64,000 nt of DNA from positions 133,542-197,541 of the IMG/VR virus record IMGVR_UViG_3300009161_000023; one strand, written 5' to 3'. The first letter of the stretch is position 1; the number at the start of each line of letters is the position of its first letter. Origin of the DNA: a virus. Shown one piece after another: positions 39,636 to 49,395 of the stretch. The translations under genes and the position numbers were made by a program. Below the pieces are notes generated by a model. It worked only from the letters and a program-made list of their open reading frames with translations, was not told the origin of the DNA and searched no databases.

Positions 39636-40394
39636 ATGCAATCAAAGATGCTAATGTCTAAATATGGATTAATGTACGCTAATACTTGTAACCTTGGTGA
39701 CGATATTCAAGCTTTAGCAGCAAAACAATTCTTACCACACATAAACCACTATATAGAACGAGACTCTATTCATGAATTTAAAAAAGAATCTAATATAAAG
39801 ACCATTCTTAATGGTTGGTGGACTCACAATAAAAACGCTTGGCCTCCTCCTAAAAATATTATACCTTTATTAACAAGCATGCATATAAACGAAGAAGCTT
39901 CTAGCACATTCTTATCAAAAAAATCTATAAATTATTGCAAAAATTTAGATTTTGGAGCTAGAGATAATTGGACACTTAAATTTCTTAAAAGTAATGGATT
40001 TAAAAATACCTACCTATCTTACTGCCTTACTTTAACTTTCCCTGCCTATTATGGGCCAAGAAATAACAATATTATATTCGTAGATTCATTAAACTGCGAA
40101 AAAAAACAATTATCACACTATATGGAAAACTTATGTAAATTTACACCACAAGAAAGATTGATTATTGCACAAGAAAGACTAGATCTTTATAAAAAAGCTA
40201 AATTGGTAGTAACTTCTAGATTACACTGTGCATTACCATGCCTAGCATTTGGAACGCCTGTTTTATTTCAAATGCCAAATCTTTGGCCACAACGAATATC
40301 TGGATATAAAAAAATATTATCTTACAAAGAAGACTTTGAAATCATTAAATGTAAACTTGTTGAAAAATGTATAAATTTTATTAAACAATCATAA
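39636..40394 (+). CDS. Polysaccharide pyruvyl transferase family protein
   Basis: NLGDDIQALAAKQFLP, GARD, VVTSRLHCALPCLAFGTPV. Confidence 0.85.
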   Translation: MQSKMLMSKYGLMYANTCNLGDDIQALAAKQFLPHINHYIERDSIHEFKKESNIKTILNGWWTHNKNAWPPPKNIIPLLTSMHINEEASSTFLSKKSINYCKNLDFGARDNWTLKFLKSNGFKNTYLSYCLTLTFPAYYGPRNNNIIFVDSLNCEKKQLSHYMENLCKFTPQERLIIAQERLDLYKKAKLVVTSRLHCALPCLAFGTPVLFQMPNLWPQRISGYKKILSYKEDFEIIKCKLVEKCINFIKQS

Positions 40395-40433
40395 ATACTA
40401 CGATATAAAAAATTCTCTTGAAAGGTATTTAAA

Positions 40434-41051
40434 ATGCTTCTTGATTTAATTGGTTTAATTAAAAAATATAACATGAAAATAAAAGGCGTTATCCATATTG
40501 GATCACATCATGGACAAGAAAACAATCTTTATAATTCAATTGATATTAAAAATAGAATTTTTTTTGAACCTTTAAATTCTAATTTTTCAGTTTTAGAAAA
40601 AAATATAGAACCAAAACATACCTTAGTTAAAAAAGCATTGGGTAATGAAAATAAAAAAATAAGCATGTATGTTGAAAAAAAAAACTCAGGACAATCAAGT
40701 TCAATATTAAAACCAAAACTTCACTTGATTCAATATCCAAATATAGTTTTTGAAAACACTGAAATTGTTGACATGATGAGATTGGATTCTTTTGAAGAAG
40801 AATTGACTGACTATAACTTTATAGTTATTGATGTTCAAGGATATGAATTAGAAGTTTTTAAAGGTGCAGAAAAAACTCTTGAAAATATTGATTATATAAT
40901 ATCTGAGATTAACAGAGATGAATTGTATGAGAACTGCACAAGAATAGAACAGCTGATTGAATTCTTGAGTCCTTATGGATTTGAATTCGTTGAACATAAT
41001 TGGGCGGGAGGAACATGGGGAGATGGCCTTTTTATAAAAAAAGGTAAATGA
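40434..41051 (+). CDS. FkbM-family methyltransferase
   Basis: IHIGSHHGQE, FFEP, VIDVQGYELEVFKGA. Confidence 0.9.
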   Translation: MLLDLIGLIKKYNMKIKGVIHIGSHHGQENNLYNSIDIKNRIFFEPLNSNFSVLEKNIEPKHTLVKKALGNENKKISMYVEKKNSGQSSSILKPKLHLIQYPNIVFENTEIVDMMRLDSFEEELTDYNFIVIDVQGYELEVFKGAEKTLENIDYIISEINRDELYENCTRIEQLIEFLSPYGFEFVEHNWAGGTWGDGLFIKKGK

Positions 41052-41054
41052 TTT

Positions 41055-41834
41055 ATGATAACAATAAGTCTTTTTGGGACATCAGGTAGACTAGGAAATC
41101 AAATATTTCAATTTGCACTTTTATTTAGCTTACATAAATCAAAAGGCTATGAAATAAGTTTGCCATTAAATAACAATTGTCAATTTTGGAATTGTTTTGA
41201 TATTAAGAATGTTAAAATATTTGATTTTGTAGAAAACAAAAAGTTAAATTTTTATGAAGAACTAAGTGGTTGTTATAACTTTGATAATAATATCTTAAAG
41301 CAACCAGACGATACAAAATTCCATGGATGGTTTCAATCATATCTTTATTTCGATAACTATAAAAAAGAATTAATAGATTGTTTAAATTTTAAAAATAATA
41401 TTGTTGAAGAAGCAAATAATAAATTATCAAAATATAAAAATCCACTTACTAGCATTCATGTTAGAAGAACAGATTATTTACGCAGTCCTTATCTGGGAGA
41501 TTTAATAAAAGAAGGATATTATGAAAAATCTATAGAAGGTGACGAAGAAGTATTGGTTTTTTCAGATGATGTTAATTTTGTAAAAGATTATTTTAAAAAT
41601 AAAAAAAACTTTAATATTGTTGAAGAAAATGAATACATCTCTTTGTATATGATGACAAAATGCGAAAAACATATAATTGCTAATAGTAGCTTTTCATGGA
41701 TGGGTGCATATTTAAGCCGAAAAGAAAATATTACTTGTCCAGATCCTTGGTTCCCTTCTATTTTTCCAAAACCAAATCACATTCAAAAAGATGTAACTAA
41801 ACCAAATTGGAGAAAAATAAATGTCTTTTGTTAA
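41055..41834 (+). CDS. GT11 alpha-1,2-fucosyltransferase-like
   Basis: GRLGNQIFQFA, IHVRRTDY, VFSDD, IIANSSFSWMGAYL. Confidence 0.92.
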   Translation: MITISLFGTSGRLGNQIFQFALLFSLHKSKGYEISLPLNNNCQFWNCFDIKNVKIFDFVENKKLNFYEELSGCYNFDNNILKQPDDTKFHGWFQSYLYFDNYKKELIDCLNFKNNIVEEANNKLSKYKNPLTSIHVRRTDYLRSPYLGDLIKEGYYEKSIEGDEEVLVFSDDVNFVKDYFKNKKNFNIVEENEYISLYMMTKCEKHIIANSSFSWMGAYLSRKENITCPDPWFPSIFPKPNHIQKDVTKPNWRKINVFC

Positions 41835-42795
41835 GAAAATATTAGTTTTAGGAGCAGGAGGCTTCATTGGATCTCATTTGGTAAAAAAACTAAAAATGAA
41901 AGACTGTTATATTACAGGTGTTGATATAAAATATCCTGAATATTCAAATACCTTAGCAGATAACTTTATAATCGGGGATTTAAAACAGCAACTTTTTTGC
42001 GATGAAATATTTAACAGTAAATTTGATGAAGTATACCAACTCGCAGCTGATATGGGAGGTGCTGGTTATATTTTTACTGGCGACAATGATGCTAATATTA
42101 TGACTAACTCAGCATTAATTAATTTAAATGTTTTAGAAAGGTGTGTTAAGACACAAGTTGGAAAAGTTTTCTACTCTTCTTCTGCGTGTATTTACCCTGC
42201 TTATAATCAATTAGATCCAAAAAATCCAAATTGCTCAGAATATTCAGCTTATCCAGCTTCTCCAGATAGTGAATATGGATGGGAAAAGCTTTTTAGCGAA
42301 AGACTTTATCTTTCTTATCATAAAAATTATAAATTAAATATTAGAATTGCTAGATTTCATAATATTTTTGGCCCTGAAGGAAGTTGGAATAACGGAAAAG
42401 AAAAAGCTCCAGCAGCATTGTGCAGAAAAGTAGCAGAATCAAATTCTGTTATTGATGTTTGGGGAGATGGAAAACAAACTCGTTCTTTTCTTTATATTGA
42501 TGAGTGTTTAGAAGGTATAGAAAAGCTAATCGAATCAAACTTTATTGGGCCTGTTAATATTGGATCAGATGAAATTATTTCAATAAATGAATTAACTAAT
42601 ATGATCATTGCAATATCAGGGAAAAAATTAACTATAAACAACATAAAAGGGCCAACTGGAGTAAGAGGAAGGAATTCTGATAATAAAATGTTATTTGATA
42701 ATATTGGATGGAAGCCAAGCTGTAAGTTAAAAGATGGAATAGAAAAAACATTTTATTGGATTAATGAGCAATTTAAAAAATTACTTTATATATAG
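41821..42795 (+). CDS. GDP-mannose 3,5-epimerase-like NAD-dependent epimerase
   Basis: GAGGFIG, QLAADMGGAGYI, YSSSACIYP, YGWEKLFSE, KEKAPAALCRK, GVRGRNSDN. Confidence 0.9.
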   Translation: MSFVKKILVLGAGGFIGSHLVKKLKMKDCYITGVDIKYPEYSNTLADNFIIGDLKQQLFCDEIFNSKFDEVYQLAADMGGAGYIFTGDNDANIMTNSALINLNVLERCVKTQVGKVFYSSSACIYPAYNQLDPKNPNCSEYSAYPASPDSEYGWEKLFSERLYLSYHKNYKLNIRIARFHNIFGPEGSWNNGKEKAPAALCRKVAESNSVIDVWGDGKQTRSFLYIDECLEGIEKLIESNFIGPVNIGSDEIISINELTNMIIAISGKKLTINNIKGPTGVRGRNSDNKMLFDNIGWKPSCKLKDGIEKTFYWINEQFKKLLYI

Positions 42796-42820
42796 ATTAT
42801 ATTAAGAAAAGGAACATGTT

Positions 42821-43498
42821 ATGAAAAGTTTTGAAATTTATTTAATTGAAGAAGATCTAATTAAAACTATTGATATTTCAAGAAAACAATTGTATTGTGA
42901 AAGTTTGTTAAAAGAAAATTTTCAAGTAAATGAATTTTTAAGTTTATTACCATCTATGCTTGGCTTACTTGGATCAAGCAAACCTAAAGATGTTGAAAGT
43001 GAAGTAAAAGAAAAAGATAAAAAATTATTTATTATAGAATTTTTAAAAAGTTCTGTTAAAAAATTAGGTTTGTTAGTTGTTATTGGTGCATTGCTCTACT
43101 TAGGTATAAAAACTGGGATAATAGCACAGTTGCTAAGCTGGGCTGGTACTATAATTAAAACTATAGTTATGTGGATAGTTTCTTTAGCTGGAGATAAAAT
43201 TAAAGCAATTCTAGAAAAAGCTTATGAAGCATTCAATGGTTTTGTAGTTGATACTGCATCACAAATTAATGATAAAACTGGAGAAGCTGGAGAATATCTA
43301 AAAGATCTATTCAAAAAAGGTACTGGAACTTTTGGCAATCCAGATATTGGTAATTCTTGGGATAATCCACAAGAAACAGATTTTCTAGGAAGAGGAAGAA
43401 CTATTTTAACTCCAAAAGAAGATAAACCAATAGATTGGAATGGAATAAATGATTTTTTTAAAGATAGAACATTAATTGATCCAAGTTTATTAAGATAA
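42821..43498 (+). CDS. Membrane protein with CTS-like leader
   Basis: MKSFEIYLIEE; hydrophobic helices LGLLVVIGALLYLG... Confidence 0.7.
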   Translation: MKSFEIYLIEEDLIKTIDISRKQLYCESLLKENFQVNEFLSLLPSMLGLLGSSKPKDVESEVKEKDKKLFIIEFLKSSVKKLGLLVVIGALLYLGIKTGIIAQLLSWAGTIIKTIVMWIVSLAGDKIKAILEKAYEAFNGFVVDTASQINDKTGEAGEYLKDLFKKGTGTFGNPDIGNSWDNPQETDFLGRGRTILTPKEDKPIDWNGINDFFKDRTLIDPSLLR

Positions 43499-43635
43499 TA
43501 CAAGAAAGATTTAAATTAGTGAAGATATTTAAAACATTAATGTTCTTTATAATCTCATTTTTTGTAATGTACTTTACTTTGAAATTTTTATTGGCAGATC
43601 TAATAAATAATTGCAATTGCTTGGAACACTAAACT

Positions 43636-45045
43636 ATGAACTTTAAAAATTGGATTATAAACGAGGAAATTTACCAAAATAATACAGCAACAATATTTCA
43701 CAGAACTCCAACTATTTCAGCAATTTTTTCACTTTTGACTACTAAATTCAATATTGGAAAAAGAATTAATTACGGTAGTGGTTTGTATACCACTACTACC
43801 ATTGATGGTCAATTCGTTGAAGACATGAAGGAATTTGGAGCTTTCGTAACCAAATGGAAAGTACAAGATCTTGATAAATATATTGTTTTAGGAAAACAAC
43901 ATGCCATTAAAATACATGGAGATCAATATATTATAAGTTCTCAATTAGAAAAGTTAAACGCTTTAGAAGAATTCAAAGAAAAAAATAAAGAAGAGTGGGA
44001 AATTAAACTAAAACAATGGGATAAATATCAAGAAGTCAACAGTCCACAGATAATAGATTTTTTAAATGACAATGAAAAATGGCTAGATAAAAGTAAATCT
44101 TTTAAAGGTTGTATTTATCGTGACAATAGATATGGATATTGTTTGTTAAAATTTAATCCTATCGAAGACGGAACAATAACATTTTTAGCATATGCAGAAG
44201 CTGAAGCTGACGATATACAAAAAATGGAAAAATTAAAAGATAAAAATAGTGAACATTGGATAAAGTCAACCGAAAAAGCAAGCATCAAAAGTATTTATAG
44301 AAGTCCACAAGATCAAAAAACTAAATATGGTATTGAAATTCCAGAACTAAAAATCACACCTACAGGTGGCGAAACTCTAACTGTTAAAGAATCACCTTTC
44401 GTTTATCACCTTTTGATGACACCCCTAAAAACGGGTGTAAAATGGGATTTCAATACCCAAAAAGCCATAGGTTCTAAGGATTCAGACAAATCAGTCATAG
44501 ATCCAGTCTTTATATTTTCTTATGAAAATAAAACTTGGAACTTAAAATTTAAAAAAGAAAATTTTAATAGTGGTGGTTACCTTGGAAATTCAATGTATGA
44601 AATCCCAAATATTGACGGAACACCTGTAAAAGAAATTAACAAAATAAAAAATAATAGTAAACTTTGTTTTAACGGTAAAAAAGTAAGCAATGTTTGTTTT
44701 CAATTTAATTTTGAAGAAAAAAATAAAATTGTTAAAGGTGAATCAGATAAATTGAAACTAATATCATCAGAAAATAACAAAAAATATATTGTTGACAAAA
44801 GAGATGAGTTTGGACAAAGAAATTTAACTGATCTACTTCCAATGTCAGTAAAGTTTTACGCCAGTAGTCAATTTAGATTAGAAAAAATTCAAACAAATTG
44901 GATCATAACACAAATTGTTGGAGCAAAAAACACAACAAACTTAAATGGAATTCCATTGGAACCATCGGAGATAAAACCTTTAAAAGATGGAGATATAATT
45001 TCTATCGGAAAAACACAGCAAGGAAAATTGCAAGTTAAACTTTAA
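43636..45045 (+). CDS. PARP/ART-like N-terminal domain plus C-terminal FHA domain, CTS-like leader
   Basis: MNFKNWIINEE; IFHRT...KFNIGKRINYGSGLYTT; C-terminal FGQR...NTTNLNG..L...LKDGDIISIG. Confidence 0.6.
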   Translation: MNFKNWIINEEIYQNNTATIFHRTPTISAIFSLLTTKFNIGKRINYGSGLYTTTTIDGQFVEDMKEFGAFVTKWKVQDLDKYIVLGKQHAIKIHGDQYIISSQLEKLNALEEFKEKNKEEWEIKLKQWDKYQEVNSPQIIDFLNDNEKWLDKSKSFKGCIYRDNRYGYCLLKFNPIEDGTITFLAYAEAEADDIQKMEKLKDKNSEHWIKSTEKASIKSIYRSPQDQKTKYGIEIPELKITPTGGETLTVKESPFVYHLLMTPLKTGVKWDFNTQKAIGSKDSDKSVIDPVFIFSYENKTWNLKFKKENFNSGGYLGNSMYEIPNIDGTPVKEINKIKNNSKLCFNGKKVSNVCFQFNFEEKNKIVKGESDKLKLISSENNKKYIVDKRDEFGQRNLTDLLPMSVKFYASSQFRLEKIQTNWIITQIVGAKNTTNLNGIPLEPSEIKPLKDGDIISIGKTQQGKLQVKL

Positions 45046-45063
45046 AAAACAAAGAATCGAATT

Positions 45064-45876
45064 ATGAACTTTAAAAACTGGCTACTAAATGAATCTAAAG
45101 CTATAACTCTACCACCAGAAGTGTTGAGCTTTATCGATCAAATAACACCAGAAATTACAAAGATAATGATCGATAGTAAAAAAAATCCTGACGGGCTGTT
45201 GTACCAATGTTCCGAAATTAAAAAATTAAATAAAAAATGGCATATTAAAGTTCCGATTAAATCAAAAAGTTATGATAGATTTGATTACGAAATAACTGGT
45301 GTTAAAGATAGAAAGACTGAAAAATATTTTCCTATAACTGTAGTTCTTGATTGCAATTATAAAACAAATTTTGGTCAATTTTCCGACAACGAAGTTAAAG
45401 TAAATACATTCTGGTGGGGAAAACTACAAGATGGATCTACTAAACTTGAAATATCTATAGAATCTGTAAAAGGTTTGCTTATACATGAGTTCATTCATGC
45501 TGTTGATATAAAAAATCACGATGAAAAAGTTATAAAAGCAATATCGAAAAAACATTCCGATGGCGATTACAGCGACCCTAATGAAATAGATGCATATAGT
45601 GGAACTATTACACAAAGAATTATAAGTTACGCAAATGAAAGTAACGATCACCAAAAAACACATAAAGATTTAGAAAAAATACTAGATTTCATTAAAAGCA
45701 CCGAAAAATATAGAAATACAAACATAGTTTTATACCCTCTAATTCCTAAAGATGTTGTAAAAATATATAAATATATGGATATAGGAGATGAAACAATAAA
45801 AAGAAGAATGCTTTCTAGAATTTATGACGCAGTAATGCAAGCAAAAACTATCATACAACAAAAACAAAGAATCTAA
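45064..45876 (+). CDS. HExxH metallopeptidase-like protein with CTS-like leader
   Basis: MNFKNWLLNE; LLIHEFIHAVD...PNEIDAY. Confidence 0.75.
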   Translation: MNFKNWLLNESKAITLPPEVLSFIDQITPEITKIMIDSKKNPDGLLYQCSEIKKLNKKWHIKVPIKSKSYDRFDYEITGVKDRKTEKYFPITVVLDCNYKTNFGQFSDNEVKVNTFWWGKLQDGSTKLEISIESVKGLLIHEFIHAVDIKNHDEKVIKAISKKHSDGDYSDPNEIDAYSGTITQRIISYANESNDHQKTHKDLEKILDFIKSTEKYRNTNIVLYPLIPKDVVKIYKYMDIGDETIKRRMLSRIYDAVMQAKTIIQQKQRI

Positions 45877-45927
45877 TAAATAATTAATTATGGATTTTAA
45901 AAAGCGTAACTATCGCATAAATAAACT

Positions 45928-46488
45928 ATGAAAACATTTAAACAATTCTTAAAAGAAAAACCTTATAACGAACAATTAGATATGCCACCACCACAAAAAA
46001 TTATATTAGGTGTACCTGCCATGAGGCTTGATATAACTGATCTTAATAAGTTTAAAGGCATAGACGATATTATAGCAAATTCAAAAGATGCAGAAGATAT
46101 ATTAATATCTTTAAAATTTCGAACAAGTAAAGATAAATTATCCGAAATAAACCCAGAAACTTTAGCAAATGCGTTAGTCAAAACAAAAGCTGTTCCTGAT
46201 AAGGTTAAAGAAATACTTGAATACTTTGGCGAACACCATAATGTTATGTCAAAGTATGAAATTAAAAATATGTTGAATATTACATTTGGAAATTTAGATA
46301 TTCCACAAGATGTTAAAAGTTATTTAACTACTAAACTAGAAGACTTTAGACAAAAACATCAACAGACAAGAGATATATTTTATAAGAAAAATTATCCTGA
46401 TTTGTTGAAAGGAACAAATATTGATACAAGTTATTATGACTCTGAAACAGGCAAAGGTAAATTTGGTGGGCCTGATTATCTAAGATAA
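45928..46488 (+). CDS. Hypothetical protein with CTS-like leader (MKTFKQFLKE..NEQLDMPPP)
   Basis: CATAAATA-aact-ATG. Confidence 0.75.
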   Translation: MKTFKQFLKEKPYNEQLDMPPPQKIILGVPAMRLDITDLNKFKGIDDIIANSKDAEDILISLKFRTSKDKLSEINPETLANALVKTKAVPDKVKEILEYFGEHHNVMSKYEIKNMLNITFGNLDIPQDVKSYLTTKLEDFRQKHQQTRDIFYKKNYPDLLKGTNIDTSYYDSETGKGKFGGPDYLR

Positions 46489-46542
46489 AAATTAAATTGT
46501 AATAAGCATAAATAATTCATACTATTATTGCATAAATAAACT

Positions 46543-47076
46543 ATGAAAACATTTATTGAATATATTAACGAAATAGAAAATAATAAAAGCGTAACTAATT
46601 CGTCATATGATTACAATCATGAATTTAAAAAATGGACTGTATTCCTCGAAAAAAAAGATGCTTGCTATTATAAAGTCAAAAGAAGATACCATGTGTGGCC
46701 TTCGGCCTACGGTTCTGGGGCCCTGGTTAAATGTAGAAAAAAAGGTGCAAAAAATTGGGGCAATTCTAAAAAAAACGAAACTACTGAATTAAATGAAGAT
46801 ATATTTAAAGCAGAAAAAGAAAAAGGATTACGAGGCTGGTTTGATAGAAATAAAGGAAAAGGATGGATAGACTGCAAAGCTAGCAAAAAAGGAAAACTCG
46901 TTTCTTGTGGCCGTAAAAAAGCTGGCAAAGGTGCTAAAAGAAAATATCCAGCCTGTAGACCAACTTTATCAGCATGTAATAAAACTGGGGTTAAAAGGAA
47001 AATAAGCAAAAAAGCTATTTCTTGGAAAAAGAAAATACTTGAAATGATAACATCTAAGATAGAAACAATAGAATAA
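46543..47076 (+). CDS. Basic Cys/Trp-containing two-module protein with CTS-like leader
   Basis: MKTFIEYINE; KDACYYKVKRRYHVWPSAYGSGALVKCRK; GLRGWF...WIDC...CGR...YPACRP. Confidence 0.75.
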   Translation: MKTFIEYINEIENNKSVTNSSYDYNHEFKKWTVFLEKKDACYYKVKRRYHVWPSAYGSGALVKCRKKGAKNWGNSKKNETTELNEDIFKAEKEKGLRGWFDRNKGKGWIDCKASKKGKLVSCGRKKAGKGAKRKYPACRPTLSACNKTGVKRKISKKAISWKKKILEMITSKIETIE

Positions 47077-47114
47077 AACAGAACTAATTCATCCTACTAT
47101 TGCATAAATACATT
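47075..47114 (+). promoter_or_regulatory. Copy of the about 41-bp intergenic element ending in a late-promoter-like CATAAATA box
   Basis: aaaacagaactaattcatcctactattgcataaatacatt-ATG. Confidence 0.7.
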
Positions 47115-49355
47115 ATGAAATTTAAAAATTGGCTACTAATAAACGAAGGCATGATAAAAGTATCAGCAAAAATTTATACACAAGTAATAACTGACTACTT
47201 TGAAAAATTAAAAGAATATAAAGCTTTTGGAGAAATTAGAGCTTCAACAAAAAGTTATCCACTTATAAATGAAAAAGAAAATCTTTTCAACGATACATCA
47301 TTTTCTTTTTTAATTGGTTATTTTAAAAAAGTAACATTAAATGTAAAATATAGAAAATTTGAAAAAGCCGAACAAAAGTCTTACCCAGCATATTACGAAG
47401 CTCAAGACTTTCCCAGTATGAAAATTTTTAAAGGAATGGAATTTAAAGGAACAATTGTTTTGGATTTAAAGATACTTGATGTAAAACATAAATATGATTA
47501 TATTACATTAATTCAACACGAAATAACCCATTTTATTCAAGACTTAGAAAAAATTCACGCTTACTTGAAAAGCTTAGAAAGACAATTAATTTACTTATAC
47601 AAAAAACAAAAAGAAGAAAAAGTGAGCTATAGATACGGAAACGAAATAGAAAGAATTCACAAAGCTTTGAATTTTGGGAATTTTCCAGCAGAAGATCCAT
47701 TAGAAGAAAAAGATATGCCTCTTGCTGGAATTTCTCCATTACAAATCACAAAAAACACCATGAAAGATAAAAAAATTAATTTTAATGGAGTTTTCAAAGT
47801 AAAAGATGATTTAGAAACTCAAAAATTAAAAACAATAGATCACGAAAAAAGACCAATTGAATTTCAAACTAATCTTATTTCAGTTGTTGGAGATTTTCAA
47901 AGAGATTATTTTGAAAAAATTCTAGATGGAAAATTAAAAAAAGAAAATGGATACGAAATTCCAGATGATTTATATTCTTTTGATTCATATGGTTCTAATC
48001 TAGGTTGGAAAAATAAAATAATGAATTACAATAAAATACTTGAATTTTTTAACAATAGAAATAATAAAAAATTATTCTTGAAATCAATCTTAAGCATTTT
48101 TGAAAAGACTGATTTTAAAATTTTCCATATGGATGTATGGAAAAGATATCATATTTTAACTTCGATTAAAGCACACACTGATAATACTGATACTAATGAG
48201 TTGTACAAATGGTACTTAAGTAATATTTATAAAGAATTTGTAAATAAAGACATTGATATGGATTACTTGAAATTGTTACATAAACAAGACAGATTATCTG
48301 AAGTCCCACTCGAACAAAAAAAAGACCTTTTAATAGATACACTTGAAAGTCTAAAAGGAAAAAAAGAACAAAAATATTATGCTCGTGATATAAAGTTTTT
48401 TAATAATCACGATCCTGATTTGCGTAATTTTAAAATTGATAACAAAGCTGGTGATCAATATTGGCATGCATGGAACATCTTAAAAGCATTTTATGGTAAT
48501 CAAAAAAAATACGATAAAGAAATAAAAAATGGTAGAATAATGGATTATGAAAAACTTAACGAGATATTCAAAATTATAAAAAGAGATAAAGTAGCTTTTA
48601 GAAAAGAATATGCTGGACAAAAAATTGTTTTGAATGAAATATATGAAAATTATGAAAAATTTATCAATGCTTTCTTAGATCGAATTGTTAAGTCTTATGA
48701 AATACATTACCAAAATCATAAAAATGATTATTACGAAAATGATAAAATGGAAGACATTTTACCTAAACCACCAACAAAAAACGATTTCATAGAAGACTTT
48801 AATATAGAAATTAAAAAAGAAGATGTTAAACCACCAGTAAAAGTAGATAAAATCGTAAATACTAAAAGTAAAGATCTTTTGGAAACTATGGATGTTTATA
48901 CATTTATTTCACTTGAATATAAAGGTGAAAAAGATGAAGAAGATGATAATAAATGGAATATAATCCATGATATAGATGATCGTAAAGAAAAAATTTCTAA
49001 TGTTTCTTATAGTTATGCAAACAAGGTTGGAAGCTTATTGGAAACTTTTCTTGATCACAAAGATTCTGACCATAATATAGATAGATATAAATTAAAGCAA
49101 AAACCTGTCAAAAGAAACATTGGTATATATGAAATCTATCACCTTTTTCAATTTTTGGAACGAATACTTAATATAGACGCAAATCAAAAAGAACCATATG
49201 ATGTAGTAATTGCAAATAAAAAAATAATTGCTAGATTCTTAGCAGAAGATATCGCATGGTCATATAAAAAACATTATGAAGAAAATAATATAGATGAAAA
49301 ACCACCTACAGCAGAAAAAATATTTTTCGATAATTATGTTACATCTAGTTCCTAA
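47115..49355 (+). CDS. HExxH metallopeptidase-like protein (long paralog of 50975) with CTS-like leader
   Basis: True start MKFKNWLLINE at 47115; IQHEITHFIQ...DHEKRPIEFQTNLISV. Confidence 0.75.
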   Translation: MKFKNWLLINEGMIKVSAKIYTQVITDYFEKLKEYKAFGEIRASTKSYPLINEKENLFNDTSFSFLIGYFKKVTLNVKYRKFEKAEQKSYPAYYEAQDFPSMKIFKGMEFKGTIVLDLKILDVKHKYDYITLIQHEITHFIQDLEKIHAYLKSLERQLIYLYKKQKEEKVSYRYGNEIERIHKALNFGNFPAEDPLEEKDMPLAGISPLQITKNTMKDKKINFNGVFKVKDDLETQKLKTIDHEKRPIEFQTNLISVVGDFQRDYFEKILDGKLKKENGYEIPDDLYSFDSYGSNLGWKNKIMNYNKILEFFNNRNNKKLFLKSILSIFEKTDFKIFHMDVWKRYHILTSIKAHTDNTDTNELYKWYLSNIYKEFVNKDIDMDYLKLLHKQDRLSEVPLEQKKDLLIDTLESLKGKKEQKYYARDIKFFNNHDPDLRNFKIDNKAGDQYWHAWNILKAFYGNQKKYDKEIKNGRIMDYEKLNEIFKIIKRDKVAFRKEYAGQKIVLNEIYENYEKFINAFLDRIVKSYEIHYQNHKNDYYENDKMEDILPKPPTKNDFIEDFNIEIKKEDVKPPVKVDKIVNTKSKDLLETMDVYTFISLEYKGEKDEEDDNKWNIIHDIDDRKEKISNVSYSYANKVGSLLETFLDHKDSDHNIDRYKLKQKPVKRNIGIYEIYHLFQFLERILNIDANQKEPYDVVIANKKIIARFLAEDIAWSYKKHYEENNIDEKPPTAEKIFFDNYVTSSS

Positions 49356-49395
49356 AAAACTAAACTAATTCGTACTACCATTGCATAAATACACT
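49355..49395 (+). promoter_or_regulatory. Copy of the 41-bp intergenic element/late-promoter-like box
   Basis: aaaaactaaactaattcgtactaccattgcataaatacact-ATG. Confidence 0.7.

Noticed and set aside
42793-42795. Stop-codon reassignment (code 15/4), as seen in some jumbo phages
   Set aside because: Conserved enzymes are full length under code 11; TAG ends the GME gene and TGA is used in coupled ATGA junctions.
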